Assembly (NCBI GenBank): GCA_963921275.4 | Contig: OZ001293.3 | Coordinates: forward strand, 4,032,001-4,096,000 | Origin: an uncultured Hormoscilla sp. | Lineage (GTDB): Bacteria > Cyanobacteriota > Cyanobacteriia > Cyanobacteriales > Desertifilaceae | Direction: 5' to 3' | DNA length: 64,000 nt | Translations under genes and position numbers: made by a program | Shown: piece by piece, positions 10,643-21,799 of the stretch | Numbering within the stretch: position 1 is the stretch's first letter | Layout: each line of letters begins with the position of its first letter | The notes under the pieces: model-generated | What the model saw: only the letters and a program-made list of their open reading frames with translations | Databases searched by the model: none | What the model was told of the DNA's origin: nothing

Positions 10643-11306
10643 GTGGTGGAAGATGCCGATGTCAACGTGCGGGCGACAGCTGTAGAAGCCCTGGGTAGTT
10701 TCCACGATCCGCGCGTCCCGCCGGTGTTAATCGCAGCCTTAAAAGATAGTGAGAAAAGAAGCAGCGATCGCTTTGGGTTTCCGAACAGATTTGGCCGGGG
10801 AGTTAAACTTGTTAAGCCATCTGAAACCGCTGCTTTACGATCTGAATATAGAACTGTGCCAGCGGGCGGCGATCGCGATCGGAAAATTCCAGACAGAGGC
10901 GGCGGCGAAAGAGTTATTTTCGGTACTACAATCTCCCCATACACCGGTGAGTTTACAAAAGACGGTAATACAGTCTTTAGGGTGGATGTCAAGCAAGTCC
11001 AGCTTGGAATATTTACAAATTGCGCTTAACAGAGTTGGGGTCGAAAGTCAGCTAGAAATTATCCAGATATTAGGCAGGATAGAGAAAGCCGAACTGCAAC
11101 CATTAGCCGCGCAGATTCTGCTAGAATGGTATGATTTAAACCAGAGGGCGATGGAAACAACGGCCATAAAAAAGGCATTAGCTCATGGTTGGGGACAGCT
11201 GGGAGTGGCATCAGCAGAAGAGGCGATCGCCCAAGCAGGATGCCGGCATCAGCGTCAAATTGCACAAGCGACCCTGAAACATTTGCCGTCTCCTTTGATA
11301 GACTGA
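10643..11306 (+). pseudogene. HEAT-repeat (PBS lyase-like) protein, 5'-truncated and frameshifted
   Basis: VRATAVEALGSFHDPRV..ALKD in one frame; VRKEAAIALG continues in another frame at ~10749. Confidence 0.8.
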
Positions 11307-11359
11307 AATAATTGTCAATTGTGGGAGTGCTATAATTCAGCATTCAAGAAAATTAGATT

Positions 11360-12424
11360 ATGAGCAAACAGTTTCGAGAATTATTGCAAAAAGTCGGTAG
11401 CGGCAAGCATACCCACAAGGATTTAACTCGCTCAGAAGCTGCTACCGCAATGCGGATGATGCTCCAGGAAGAAGCAACTCCAGCTCAAATAGGTGCTTTT
11501 CTGATTGCTCACCGGATCAAACGACCCACGGCAATGGAACTAGCAGGTATGTTGGATGCCTATGAGGAACTCGGACCGCAACTGGAACCATTACCAGATC
11601 CAGAGAAAGAGGTAGTTGTTTTGGGAGTTCCCTACGACGGACGGGCGCGAACTGCTCCCATAAGTCAGATTACGGCTTTACTGCTGGCGGTCTCGGGCCC
11701 GCGAGTGATTATGCATGGCGGTAACAGAATGGCAACCAAGTATGGTATTCCCGCCTTTGAAATCTGGAAAAGCTTGGGATTGGATTTTGATGAATTGGCA
11801 TTAGCAGATTTGCACTCATTACTCGTACAAACAGGGTTGGCTTTTATCTATATACCAAAACATTTCCCCCAAATTGAACCCTTAGTTGCCTATCGAGATC
11901 AAATTGGCAAGCGTCCCCCCTTAGCAACTTTAGAGTTAATTTGGTCTCCCTATAAACATAAAGTTCATCAGATTGCTGGTTACGTCCATCCGCCAACAGA
12001 AGCCACAGTCAGAGAAACATTTAAGCTGCGGGGAGAAAAAAAATATACTTTGGTCAAGGGACTAGAGGGTAGCTGCGATTTACGACTTTCCCAAACCACG
12101 ATCGTCGCTGTTAGCGATCCCGAAAGTTCAGAAGGGTTTGATTATCTGAAAGCCACTCCTAGGAAATACGGTTTACAGGGTAAGGATGTGGCGATCGAGT
12201 CTGAGGCGCAACTCCTAACAGAGATCGAGCAAGTTGTGCAAGGAAAGGAATCGAAATTGATGCAAGCAGCCATTTGGAACGGCGGGTTTTATCTCTGGCG
12301 TTGTGGGGTTTGTGCTAATATATCCTCAGGAATTAACAAGGCTAAAGAATTACTGAAAAGCAGGAGTCTGGAACAGAAAATGGAGGAAATTAAATCGGCG
12401 ATTAAAGGAAAAAGTGACAAATAA
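11360..12424 (+). CDS. Anthranilate phosphoribosyltransferase-family (TrpD2/YbiB-like) protein
   Basis: KVGSGKHT, AQIGAFLIAHRIK, PYDGRART and VKGLEGS motifs. Confidence 0.88.
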   Translation: MSKQFRELLQKVGSGKHTHKDLTRSEAATAMRMMLQEEATPAQIGAFLIAHRIKRPTAMELAGMLDAYEELGPQLEPLPDPEKEVVVLGVPYDGRARTAPISQITALLLAVSGPRVIMHGGNRMATKYGIPAFEIWKSLGLDFDELALADLHSLLVQTGLAFIYIPKHFPQIEPLVAYRDQIGKRPPLATLELIWSPYKHKVHQIAGYVHPPTEATVRETFKLRGEKKYTLVKGLEGSCDLRLSQTTIVAVSDPESSEGFDYLKATPRKYGLQGKDVAIESEAQLLTEIEQVVQGKESKLMQAAIWNGGFYLWRCGVCANISSGINKAKELLKSRSLEQKMEEIKSAIKGKSDK

Positions 12425-12501
12425 TAAAGATCGCGCCAGGCGCTAGGAAATTTTTTCGGTTACCAGTTATACTATATTCGATGCGTTTGCCCTGAATTAA
12501 T

Positions 12502-13197
12502 ATGTTCGAGCAACAACCAGAAACTCTACGCCAAAAAGTCAGACAACTATCAGCAGCGGCAATCAGACGTGACGATCCTGCTAGCTGGTTTGAAGAACTA
12601 TATGCCCAGGCCCGAGGGGATTATACCCAGGTTCCTTGGGCAGGATTGACTCTGCATCCCCATGCCCAAGATTGGTTTGAACACTATGGATTTCCAGAGG
12701 AATTTCATGATGTTCCGCGTCATGCTGTGGTGGTGGGTTGTGGACTGGGCGATGATGCGGAAGCTTTGCAAAACAGGGGGTTTCAGGTTACAGCTTTTGA
12801 TATTTCTCCGACGGCGATCGCATGGTGCCAGCAACGGTTCCCCCCATCATCTGTTAACTATCAAGTAGCAGATCTATTGTGCCTAGATTCCAGCTGGCAC
12901 CATGGCTTTGACTTCGTTTTGGAATGTCGTAACTTGCAAGCATTACCGTTGTCGATCCGAGCAACTGCCATCCAAGCAGTTGGGCAACTGGTTGCCGAGC
13001 AGGGAACATTACTGGCGATCGCCCGCCTACGGGAAACGGAGTCTGAACCGGATGGTCCACCCTGGCCATTGTCGAACCAAGAATTAGCTCAGTTAACCAC
13101 CCAGGGCCTTACGGAAATTCGCCGAAAGATGTTTCTTGTGGGTGACGATCCAGTCGTGAAGCAACTTTGGGTCGAATATAAGAGGGAAAGGATCTAA
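12502..13197 (+). CDS. Class I SAM-dependent methyltransferase (TPMT-like)
   Basis: VVGCGLGDDA, FDISPTAI, GPPWPL. Confidence 0.88.
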   Translation: MFEQQPETLRQKVRQLSAAAIRRDDPASWFEELYAQARGDYTQVPWAGLTLHPHAQDWFEHYGFPEEFHDVPRHAVVVGCGLGDDAEALQNRGFQVTAFDISPTAIAWCQQRFPPSSVNYQVADLLCLDSSWHHGFDFVLECRNLQALPLSIRATAIQAVGQLVAEQGTLLAIARLRETESEPDGPPWPLSNQELAQLTTQGLTEIRRKMFLVGDDPVVKQLWVEYKRERI

Positions 13198-13345
13198 TTT
13201 ACGCTCGCCGTCGATGGGTCAGGAGTGGTGTGTCGAGGGTAGAGTTAGGGAAGTCCGGGTCCGGAGTGATCGCAGTTACTCGGGCCACCCTTCGTTATTT
13301 TCGAGCTGCCAATTGAAGTTCGGGACTGGGGTCTCCTATCAGGGG

Positions 13346-13691
13346 TTAGTCGCAAATAGGACTTATTTCAATTGCGACATATCCCATATTCATTATCCTT
13401 ACTTGTTCTCCACCGGCAGGGAAATAACTGTCGATAGCTCCTGGAGCACATGGGACAAAATTTCGATTTGTTATTGGCGGGAATTGAGGAATAACCTCCA
13501 TGGAGTAAACTCCGAACTCATACGGGGAACGGGGCAGCACTGACCTCAATTTGGGGACATATAGGTCCCACGAAGTCCTGGCCCGGGGGTATGCTTATGG
13601 CGTTGGCGGGAAGGACTATGGTTTGTATGAGGGTGATGACTACCGCGAAGACGGCTAGCCATTGGGTGACTTGGTTCATGTACTTCTTCAT
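13346..13691 (-). pseudogene. Small secreted protein, frameshifted
   Basis: Signal-peptide-like N-terminus (...LPANA) joins YEFGVYSMEV... via a frameshift near 13525. Confidence 0.45.
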
Positions 13692-13972
13692 TTGGCTGAT
13701 TTTGGCGCTTGGCAAGGTGTTGAGGTTCTATAGGTAGCAACTTAGGTTAACTATTATTTGTCGATCGCCACCCAATTTTATAGTGCCAGTGTTCCTGAAA
13801 GTAGGTTGGCGATCGCCAGTGTACTGGCAGCGATCGGGTGACAGGGGGGATGCTTGTCCGAGGAAGGAGGCATGAGCCCCCTATGGAACCGGGATCTGAT
13901 TGAGGATTCTGCAACTGGGAGCCAAATATGTAAAAATGTAAAGCGTCCATAGAATGTGATAAATTATCAATT

Positions 13973-14335
13973 GTGTTTGTCCTCAGCGGCTACGAATACC
14001 TCTTAGGCTTCCTACTGATCTGCGGGTTGATACCCGTCGGAGCACTGAGCGTTTCCAAGCTAGTCGGCCCCCGTACTCGCGGTCCAGAACGACGCAGCAC
14101 TTACGAGTCGGGCATTGAACCAGTAGGGGGGGCTTGGATCCAGTTCAACATTCGCTACTACATGTTCGCCCTAGTCTTTGTCATATTCGATGTGGAGACA
14201 GTATTTCTGTACCCCTGGGCAGTAGCATTTAGCAAGCTAGGACTGCTCGCATTTATCGAAGCCCTGATTTTCATTGCCATTCTGGTCGGAGGTCTTGTCT
14301 ACGCTTGGAGAAAAGGAGCATTAGAATGGTCGTAA
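13973..14335 (+). CDS. ndhC: NDH-1 subunit C
   Basis: [39 protein letters not shown]. Confidence 0.98.
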   Translation: MFVLSGYEYLLGFLLICGLIPVGALSVSKLVGPRTRGPERRSTYESGIEPVGGAWIQFNIRYYMFALVFVIFDVETVFLYPWAVAFSKLGLLAFIEALIFIAILVGGLVYAWRKGALEWS

Positions 14336-15054
14336 ATACGACAACCTCAGATATCAAACAGCAACTGCTCAACCCGGTAGAACGCCCGCAAGTCACTAGG
14401 GAACTCTCGGAAAACGTCATCCTGACAACGGTAGATGACATCTACAACTGGGCGCGGCTGTCCTCCCTGTGGCCCCTGCTGTACGGCACAGCCTGCTGCT
14501 TCATTGAGTTTGCGGCCCTGATCGGGTCTCGGTTTGACTTCGATCGCTTTGGCCTAGTGCCCCGTTCTAGCCCCCGCCAAGCTGACTTACTGATCACAGC
14601 AGGCACGATCACCATGAAGTACACTCCCACTCTGGTGCGTCTATACGAGCAAATGCCCGAACCCAAATACGTAATCGCCATGGGAGCCTGCACGATCACC
14701 GGTGGAATGTTTAGCGTGGATTCTCCCTCAGCGGTGCGCGGGGTAGATAAACTGATTCCGGTGGATGTGTACATTCCCGGTTGTCCTCCTCGGCCAGAAG
14801 CGATTATTGATGCGATCGTCAAGCTGCGGAAAAAAATTGCTAATGATTCCCTGCAAGAGCGGGAGCGGATCGGACAAACTAACCGGTATTATAGCATCAC
14901 TCACCAGATGAAGGTAGTCGAACCGATCTTAACTGGCGAGTATCTGAAGTCTGAATCAAGGCAAGCACCGCCCATGCAATTGACAGAAGCAATGGGAATG
15001 CCTGTACCACCAGCGATCGCATCGACGGAAAAGGAGGAAGTCAACCGTGGCTGA
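14326..15054 (+). CDS. ndhK: NDH-1 subunit K
   Basis: [32 protein letters not shown]. Confidence 0.98.
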   Translation: MVVNTTTSDIKQQLLNPVERPQVTRELSENVILTTVDDIYNWARLSSLWPLLYGTACCFIEFAALIGSRFDFDRFGLVPRSSPRQADLLITAGTITMKYTPTLVRLYEQMPEPKYVIAMGACTITGGMFSVDSPSAVRGVDKLIPVDVYIPGCPPRPEAIIDAIVKLRKKIANDSLQERERIGQTNRYYSITHQMKVVEPILTGEYLKSESRQAPPMQLTEAMGMPVPPAIASTEKEEVNRG

Positions 15055-15571
15055 AGAAGAAAAACCAGTACCAACAGAGCCATCACAACCTGTTGAAACT
15101 GGTAAGGTTTCCCAATTATTGACGGAAAAAAACCTTGCTCATGAAGCCTTAGCAGCGGATCGTCTGGGCGTCGAGATGATTAAAGTAGAGCCAGAATTCC
15201 TGCTGCCAGTAGCCAAAGCCCTCCATGAAGACGGATTTAACTATCTCCAATGTCAAGGGGCTTATGATTCTGGTCCGGGAGAGGAGTTAGTCAGTTTTTA
15301 CCATCTGATTAAGGTAAGCGATGATGCCGATCGCCCAGAAGAAGTGCGGGTGAAGGTATTTCTCCCCCGGGAAAACCCCCGAGTTTCTTCGGTGTATTGG
15401 ATCTGGAAAGCAGCAGATTTCCAAGAGCGGGAATCCTATGATATGTATGGCATCATCTACGAGGGTCATCCGAACCTGAAGCGAATTTTAATGCCAGAAG
15501 ATTGGGTAGGCTGGCCTTTAAGGAAGGATTACATCTCCCCTGACTTCTACGAGTTGCAGGACGCTTATTAG
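15047..15571 (+). CDS. ndhJ: NDH-1 subunit J
   Basis: [31 protein letters not shown]. Confidence 0.98.
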   Translation: MAEEEKPVPTEPSQPVETGKVSQLLTEKNLAHEALAADRLGVEMIKVEPEFLLPVAKALHEDGFNYLQCQGAYDSGPGEELVSFYHLIKVSDDADRPEEVRVKVFLPRENPRVSSVYWIWKAADFQERESYDMYGIIYEGHPNLKRILMPEDWVGWPLRKDYISPDFYELQDAY

Positions 15572-15610
15572 AGTCAACAGCCATCTTGGAACGTTTGCGA
15601 ACTAAAAAAT

Positions 15611-15648
15611 GCCCAGAAACCCGGTTTCTTGAAGCAACCGGGTTTCTC
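15611..15648. repeat. REP-like AGAAACCCGGTTTCT palindrome pair
   Basis: Same motif family at ~39286, 39810, 40877, 43508-43573 and 63576. Confidence 0.75.
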
Positions 15649-15681
15649 AATTCTTGTGAAGAGGACAAAGGGAGCGACAAA

Positions 15682-16254
15682 TTATTCTCTTGATGCTTTG
15701 GTGACAGTGCGATCGCCCGGACCGAGAACAAATTTTAATGGTATGCCCTCCGGGTAGGCTTTGGCAACTTCCCGATAAACTTGATAGTTGGTAGGCAGGT
15801 TGCGCGTTTGTGTTCCAACTTGATAGCTGAGGTGGTACTTGACATCTTTCAACAGTTCCGGACTGCTGGGATCTTCATCATATTCCTGGCGCTGTTCTAT
15901 ATCATCTACAGTGGGGCGGGGAGGCAGAGCAGGCCACCACAGGCCCCGATCGTCGGGTCCAGTGACTGCGCCTTCTGGCTTCTGGCCGTTGCGATTAACT
16001 AAGGAGGTGGAGGCAAAAGTTTCCCGACGTGGGAACTCCCTGTCTCTGGAGTTTGTGGAGTAATTCACCTGCCAGGTATAGGTAACAGTAGCAGTGGCTT
16101 CATACCGATCTGTAAGGATGTTGTTGCAGCCGGTGATGGCGAATAATAAGGTACTGGCTGCCAGAACGGATAAAATAGATCGCGGTCTGGCAGGAGAAAA
16201 ATGTGGGCGATCGCCCGTGATGGGTGTAATTGAATTTTTCTTCATTGAAAACAT
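15682..16254 (-). CDS. Hypothetical lipoprotein
   Basis: Hydrophobic stretch followed by lipobox-like ITGC. Confidence 0.7.
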   Translation of the reverse strand: MFSMKKNSITPITGDRPHFSPARPRSILSVLAASTLLFAITGCNNILTDRYEATATVTYTWQVNYSTNSRDREFPRRETFASTSLVNRNGQKPEGAVTGPDDRGLWWPALPPRPTVDDIEQRQEYDEDPSSPELLKDVKYHLSYQVGTQTRNLPTNYQVYREVAKAYPEGIPLKFVLGPGDRTVTKASRE

Positions 16255-16379
16255 ACAAAACCTTTAACGCGGCTAGCGATGCAATTTGCTCCGCTAATTT
16301 CTATTCTGTACCCGATCGGACAGCGCAGGGATGATAGTTGTCTGCGATCGGACAGTCGGTGAATAAGGAACTAGCTTGT

Positions 16380-16817
16380 TTACCATCCACCAATCCATTT
16401 ACCGCCCCGGAATCGCCATCTAGGAAACAGCAGCCGCATTACTACCCAAGAAGACAGGTATATAGCTACCCAAACCAGACTGTAGTGCAGTGCAAACCAT
16501 TCTAGGGAAAATTCATGCTGTCGAATGTTTGGTAAACCCATAATTTCGATCAGCAACACTAGCACTACTATTTCAGCATTAGCAGCAAAGAATTGAAGTA
16601 TCCCAGGCCAGTCACGATCCCACCGATACTTCTGCAAAAGCTGATAGAGAACATCCCAGGCTAAACCAAAAAGACCGACATAGAACAATATCCAGTAGTA
16701 TCTTGAGGTGGGTTCAGGTCCCCAATAACCGACAGCGAAGGGCAAGGTGACTAAAACACCAACTGTTCCCAACAGGAATATCCTAGTTTGCCAGCGTCCC
16801 AATAAAGTAGGTGTCAT
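16380..16817 (-). CDS. Conserved hypothetical membrane protein (4 TM)
   Basis: MTPTLLGRWQTR, RWDRDWP, PRWRFRGG; hydrophobic segments. Confidence 0.75.
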   Translation of the reverse strand: MTPTLLGRWQTRIFLLGTVGVLVTLPFAVGYWGPEPTSRYYWILFYVGLFGLAWDVLYQLLQKYRWDRDWPGILQFFAANAEIVVLVLLIEIMGLPNIRQHEFSLEWFALHYSLVWVAIYLSSWVVMRLLFPRWRFRGGKWIGGW

Positions 16818-16903
16818 ACTCGCTTCCATGAATTAACAACAGCCGCCTTTTGAATTGAGATCGAGTTTTATTTAGTATTTTGGCGGTTTCTGCTCCGCTC
16901 TTC

Positions 16904-17512
16904 TCAATTCTGCTCTTCTCGATCCTGCTCTTCTCGATCCTGCTCTTCTCGACAGGTTTCGTCTAGGCAGATTATTTGAGGTTTTATCTCTGCCATATAA
17001 GGTCGTACAACCAGTGCCAGGGAGCTAGCTGCTATTGTTAATGCAATTAAAGCTTTTCCTGGGATAGATATGGACTGCCCGCTTCCCTTAATAACCCAAG
17101 ACCTGGCCATCATGTCATGAAGGGCTTGGTTTTCCTCGGTAAAACTAGCCATGATAAAGCCAATGCACAAACTTAGCCAAGATATTAGCTTGCTAAAGAA
17201 CCTTATGCTTGCTCGAATAAACGAAATTCTGTTTCCTTGCAGGTCGGTTACAATAATCCCAAGGGCTATCTTCCCAGGTCTTGCTTGTAATGGCGAACTC
17301 TCCAAACCTGCGGAATAAATCCATGTAAGTATAGTTGCGCCCATATAGTACAATATCATATAAACAAAATACATCTCTATGTCAGCAATTTTTTCATCTA
17401 ATGCTAGCTTTGGACCAATAACTAATCGACACACAACAGTCAAGATAATTCCATCAATGAATGCAGCTATGAACCTTTTCATAAAACCAGCATACTCTAC
17501 TTCATTTGACAC
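16904..17512 (-). CDS. RDD-family membrane protein
   Basis: YAGFMKRFIAAFID, GKIALGI, QALHD; (REEQD)x3 tail from a 15-bp repeat. Confidence 0.88.
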   Translation of the reverse strand: MSNEVEYAGFMKRFIAAFIDGIILTVVCRLVIGPKLALDEKIADIEMYFVYMILYYMGATILTWIYSAGLESSPLQARPGKIALGIIVTDLQGNRISFIRASIRFFSKLISWLSLCIGFIMASFTEENQALHDMMARSWVIKGSGQSISIPGKALIALTIAASSLALVVRPYMAEIKPQIICLDETCREEQDREEQDREEQN

Positions 17513-17513
17513 C

Positions 17514-18743
17514 TTATTTCCTCCTTATAACTATACATCCAGAAATAATGTCGTGCAATGTTCGCTTTTTTTTCGTGACTCCTGCCAGAACAAATCCTAT
17601 TAAAATCTTTAAATATGAAATCAGCTTGCTAACATGCCTTTGAGAAGCTTTTTTATAGGTAAGTCTCTTTACCTTAACAGTTGTAACAGCAATTCCAATC
17701 GCCATTTTACCAAGTGTTCCTTGTGTTGGAGAGCTGTCCATAACTGAGCCATAAACAAAACCTATTATGATGTAGTTAAATAACCATAGTGCTAAGAAAT
17801 CCACGTCAGGAGTTGATTCATATGTGATTAAGCTAATGACCAAACTAACTATTATTAAAATCATTTTATCTATAAAGTCTGCTGCAAACCTCCTCCAGAA
17901 ACCTGCATATTTTATCAGCGGCGCCGGTGGATGCGGTTCGATCAAGTCCTCGATCGCCTGCAACGCCTCCATCGCTGACGGATAGCGATCTTGAGAGTCA
18001 CGCCGCACCATCTTGTCTATTATATTTCTCAGTTGAGGGCTAACCGAGATATGGTTGGGCCACATGATTTGACCATTGTTGTTATGCTTAAGTAAGCTGA
18101 GAGTGCTAGAGGGCAGTCCAGCTATAGCCTGGATAGCCATTACGCCTACAGCATAGACATCGCTCGCGAACTCAGGTATGCCATTATCTTGCTCCCTAGG
18201 CATATATCCTGGTGTCCCAATAACAGTTGGTGGTTGCCCCTGCGGGTTAACTACAACACTTCCAACTTTTTTAACTGCTCCAAAGTCAATTAAAACTAGC
18301 TTGCCATCTTGCTTGCGCCGTATTATATTGGAGGGCTTAATATCCCGATGAACAACTCCTTGCCAGTGTACAAACTGCAATACTTCTAGGATATCGTGCA
18401 ACATTTGAATCACGTTTTTTCCCGTCCACTGTCTACCTGTAAATTCCTCGCTCAGAACGTGACCGTAGATCCACTCTTGTACTATATAAAATTCTTTATT
18501 TTCGTTAAAATATTCCCACAGGCTAGGAATCTGGTCATGATTACCCAAATTTTTCAATGTTTTGGCTTCTCTAGCGAACATATCTGTTGCCTTTTGCAAG
18601 GTGTATGGATCCGTCTGCTGAGGCTGGAGTTTCTTGACCACACAATAAGGAACGCCCGATCGCTGCCTATCTCTGGCCAGGTATGTCTGACCAAAGTTTC
18701 CACTCCCTAGGGGTTTGATTATTTCGTAGCGTCCTTTAAGCAT
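17514..18743 (-). CDS. Ser/Thr protein kinase fused to a C-terminal RDD domain
   Basis: GSGNFG, HRDIKPSN, DFG, GTPGY; then YAGFWRRFAADFID...LHD. Confidence 0.92.
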   Translation of the reverse strand: MLKGRYEIIKPLGSGNFGQTYLARDRQRSGVPYCVVKKLQPQQTDPYTLQKATDMFAREAKTLKNLGNHDQIPSLWEYFNENKEFYIVQEWIYGHVLSEEFTGRQWTGKNVIQMLHDILEVLQFVHWQGVVHRDIKPSNIIRRKQDGKLVLIDFGAVKKVGSVVVNPQGQPPTVIGTPGYMPREQDNGIPEFASDVYAVGVMAIQAIAGLPSSTLSLLKHNNNGQIMWPNHISVSPQLRNIIDKMVRRDSQDRYPSAMEALQAIEDLIEPHPPAPLIKYAGFWRRFAADFIDKMILIIVSLVISLITYESTPDVDFLALWLFNYIIIGFVYGSVMDSSPTQGTLGKMAIGIAVTTVKVKRLTYKKASQRHVSKLISYLKILIGFVLAGVTKKKRTLHDIISGCIVIRRK

Positions 18744-18872
18744 GATAGTTATGATAGTGATTTAGTATTATTCCCTACCTACCATATTTCTTCTGCCTAT
18801 TATGACATCAAATTTTGCTTTTGGGCATAAATCTTGATTTTCACCCTATAATAACACATACAGGACTTACAG

Positions 18873-19010
18873 GGCACTGGTGAGCGCCTGATTAAAAAAT
18901 CAGATCAATCCCTTGCTAGTCAAAGGTTTGACCGCTTTATTAACTAATAGCCTCAAATCATAATGGTGTAGGGCATTCAAGCTTTCATTTAACTAGACTG
19001 AACCAGTGCC
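18873..19010. mobile_element. 138-bp MITE (GGCACTG termini; IS6/IS1595-like)
   Basis: TIRs GGCACTGGT/ACCAGTGCC and 8-bp TSD ACTTACAG. Confidence 0.85.
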
Positions 19011-19051
19011 ACTTACAGCCAGAAGGCAAAGATTATTCCAGGCTCAAGGCA

Positions 19052-19671
19052 ATGCAGGAACTTACGTTAAAATGGACTGAATCCAATTTGGTGAGAATCG
19101 AGACCATTCGGGAACAGCAGCCCAGTAAACATCCTGATACCGTCAGGCTGGGTCGCGACCCAGCCACTTGCGACATTATTTTCAAGGACCAAACAGTATC
19201 CAGACTACACGTGGAAATTTTCTATGACCGCAGGCGGGGTAGCTTTTGCTTACGTAACCTCAAACCTGACAATCCTCCGATGGTAGATGACCAAATCGTC
19301 GGAAGTGCTGAAGTGACCCTAAGTTTCGGTAACATTATCCATCTAGGTCAAACAGAAATCAAAGTCATTGCACCGGTTCCTCCCACGATTTTGCACCCTC
19401 CCCAGCCACGAAAGCCCAGGCAGCCGCCGGTCCAGGAAAAGATAAAGTCCACGATTTGCGACCTCCCCAACGCCCTAGCGGACCCACTCCCCCATCGCCA
19501 CCGCCTGTATTGAGTCCGAATACCTACGCCTTGGTGTGCCCAAACCAGCAATGCAAAAACCCAGATGCTCGGCGGATTGTACCCTATGAATACCTGGGTC
19601 AGACTTGTCCTTGGTGTGGCACTGACCTAGCCAATGCGGGGAGCATTCTCTTACCTCGGGGTAGCAGTTGA
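19052..19671 (+). pseudogene. FHA-domain protein with Pro-rich linker and C-terminal Zn ribbon, frameshifted
   Basis: LGRD and VSRLH FHA motifs; CPNQQC..CPWC lies in another frame (19456-19671). Confidence 0.75.
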
Positions 19672-19753
19672 GGTTGAGAACTACTATAGCATATTAAAGA
19701 CTCGTGGGCACAAGTAGAGCTAATGTGATGAAATATAGTAAAGAGGGGATGAT

Positions 19754-21718
19754 ATGAGTTCCTTTCGCATTCAACTTAGTTGGAGGGAGCCGGTCACGGG
19801 AGCGGAGCAGCAACAAGAATCCCAGATTCCAGTGGCCATAGGGCGAGTTCTGACGCAGATGCCACCTAATCTTCGCGGCGAGCAGGTATTTAGACTGGTG
19901 CTCGATCACAATGAGGTTTCTCGCTATCATACCCTGATTGATGTAGAGCAGGGTCAAGCAGTAGTAAGAAATCAAAGTACCACCAACGGCACCTTAGTCA
20001 ATGGCACGCCTCAAACTTGGTGTTTTCTCATGGATGGCGATACCCTGCAAATTGGCCCCTACCAGATTGCAGTTAGATTAGTCCAGCCAACTGGCAGTAA
20101 CTTTCCGCCCCCTGCATTCTTAAATGCGGAGAAGGTTTCAGTTCAAGACCTCTATGCAACGGGAATGTCTGTAAACGAGATTACCTATGCAACGATCGGA
20201 GGTGGGTTAGGTAGCTTTATCTGGGTTGATTTCCTGAGAATTTTTGGGGTTAAGTCCGATCAAATTGCCGCTGTGGGCATAGTTCCGTTGGACAGCAACA
20301 AAAATATCCCGCCCAACGAACAACAAAAGCCCTACTGGCACTACCAGCAGCTATGTCTTTACTCTCAGATCCCCCCCCACGAAAGATTGCGGTCTAATTC
20401 TGATTCCTGTCCCGATAATATTTGGGGCTGGCCCAGCTATGCTCTGCGGGAAGCGTGGCAAGATTTCTTTCGGGGTAAAATAGGCTCTGCCCTGGGATAT
20501 TTGTGGCAGGTATTTGCCGAGCCAGCTTTTGCCGAAACCTATACCCCCAGGGCTGAGAATGTATTCGCCTCAATTGACCGGGAAGCCCAGCGAATTGGCT
20601 GGGGCCAAATATTTCGCTTCGGGCGAGTCCGCGCCATTCGCAAAACTGATGACGGGCGTTACGCAATCGCTTATTCCTGCTCCAGTGGCCATCGTAGAGA
20701 GTATGCCTTTCTAGTGGCCCGCTACCTGCATCTAGCCACTGGCTACCCCAAAATTAAATTGCTAGAGGAGTTGCAGACTTATCGATCGCAATATGAGACT
20801 AAAGAAGGAATAGTTAAATTAGTAGTGAATGCCTATGAAGACCACGATTACGTCTACCAGCATCTAGAAAAGCATGGCGGTACGGTACTGATTCGGGGCC
20901 GGGGAATTGTGGCCTCGCGAATTATTCAACGGATTTATGAAGCCAGACAGAAGAGTGGCAAAGATATTAAAGTGCTGCACTTGATCCGATCGAGAAAAAC
21001 CCAAGGTAACAAATTCGGTTTTTCCCAACGTCAAGTAGAAAATAACTTTGAATTTCAACCGTTTAACTGGCCGAAAGCTGCTTGGGGTGGCGAACAGCGG
21101 GTGACGCTGGAGAAAGCCAGCTCCGAAAAGCGACAGGAATTACTAAGTAAGTGGGGCGGCACTACTACCGCTAGCCGGGATGACTGGCGACAAATTATCA
21201 AGGATGGCCAAGCCGAGCAATGGTATAAACCAGAATATGGTAAGGTGGAACGGGTGGAACGGAACCATAAAAACCGCCTCAATACTCACTACATTTCGAC
21301 AGAAAAGGGTTTTGAGAGCAGAACGAACCTATTAGCTGACTTTATCATTGATGCCACGGGTCTTGATGCCGAGGTAAAGGCAAACGAACTCCTAAACGAT
21401 CTGGTAATTCGCTATAATCTACCTCTTAACTCCTTAAAACGTTTGACTGTTTCCAATGATTTTGAAATCAAGGAAATGCGTAATGAGAAAGACGAACGGG
21501 GTCAGACATATGACAGACAGGGTCGGATGTATGCATGTGGCACTATGACTTTTGGTGGTCCCTATGCTGCTGTTGATAGCTTTCTGGGGTTGCAGTACAC
21601 AGCTTTGCGCTCAGTCGATAACTTGATAAAGGCAAAAGCTCCTGGAATTAATTACTTGAACGGTCTCAGTTCTCTGGGACAATGGTGGAAGTGGGTTACA
21701 AATCAATCTCCTTCGTAA
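19754..21718 (+). CDS. FHA domain fused to FAD/NAD(P)-binding oxidoreductase-like domain
   Basis: FHA (IGR, VSRYH, STTNGT); GGGLGS, LATGY, RGRGIVA and IDATG motifs. Confidence 0.8.
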   Translation: MSSFRIQLSWREPVTGAEQQQESQIPVAIGRVLTQMPPNLRGEQVFRLVLDHNEVSRYHTLIDVEQGQAVVRNQSTTNGTLVNGTPQTWCFLMDGDTLQIGPYQIAVRLVQPTGSNFPPPAFLNAEKVSVQDLYATGMSVNEITYATIGGGLGSFIWVDFLRIFGVKSDQIAAVGIVPLDSNKNIPPNEQQKPYWHYQQLCLYSQIPPHERLRSNSDSCPDNIWGWPSYALREAWQDFFRGKIGSALGYLWQVFAEPAFAETYTPRAENVFASIDREAQRIGWGQIFRFGRVRAIRKTDDGRYAIAYSCSSGHRREYAFLVARYLHLATGYPKIKLLEELQTYRSQYETKEGIVKLVVNAYEDHDYVYQHLEKHGGTVLIRGRGIVASRIIQRIYEARQKSGKDIKVLHLIRSRKTQGNKFGFSQRQVENNFEFQPFNWPKAAWGGEQRVTLEKASSEKRQELLSKWGGTTTASRDDWRQIIKDGQAEQWYKPEYGKVERVERNHKNRLNTHYISTEKGFESRTNLLADFIIDATGLDAEVKANELLNDLVIRYNLPLNSLKRLTVSNDFEIKEMRNEKDERGQTYDRQGRMYACGTMTFGGPYAAVDSFLGLQYTALRSVDNLIKAKAPGINYLNGLSSLGQWWKWVTNQSPS

Positions 21719-21799
21719 AGTTCAGATGAGATATGTTTTTCTCGTAATCTAAGAAGCAAACCATGAACAAATAATCACTTTCGCGAACCCACAGGGGCG

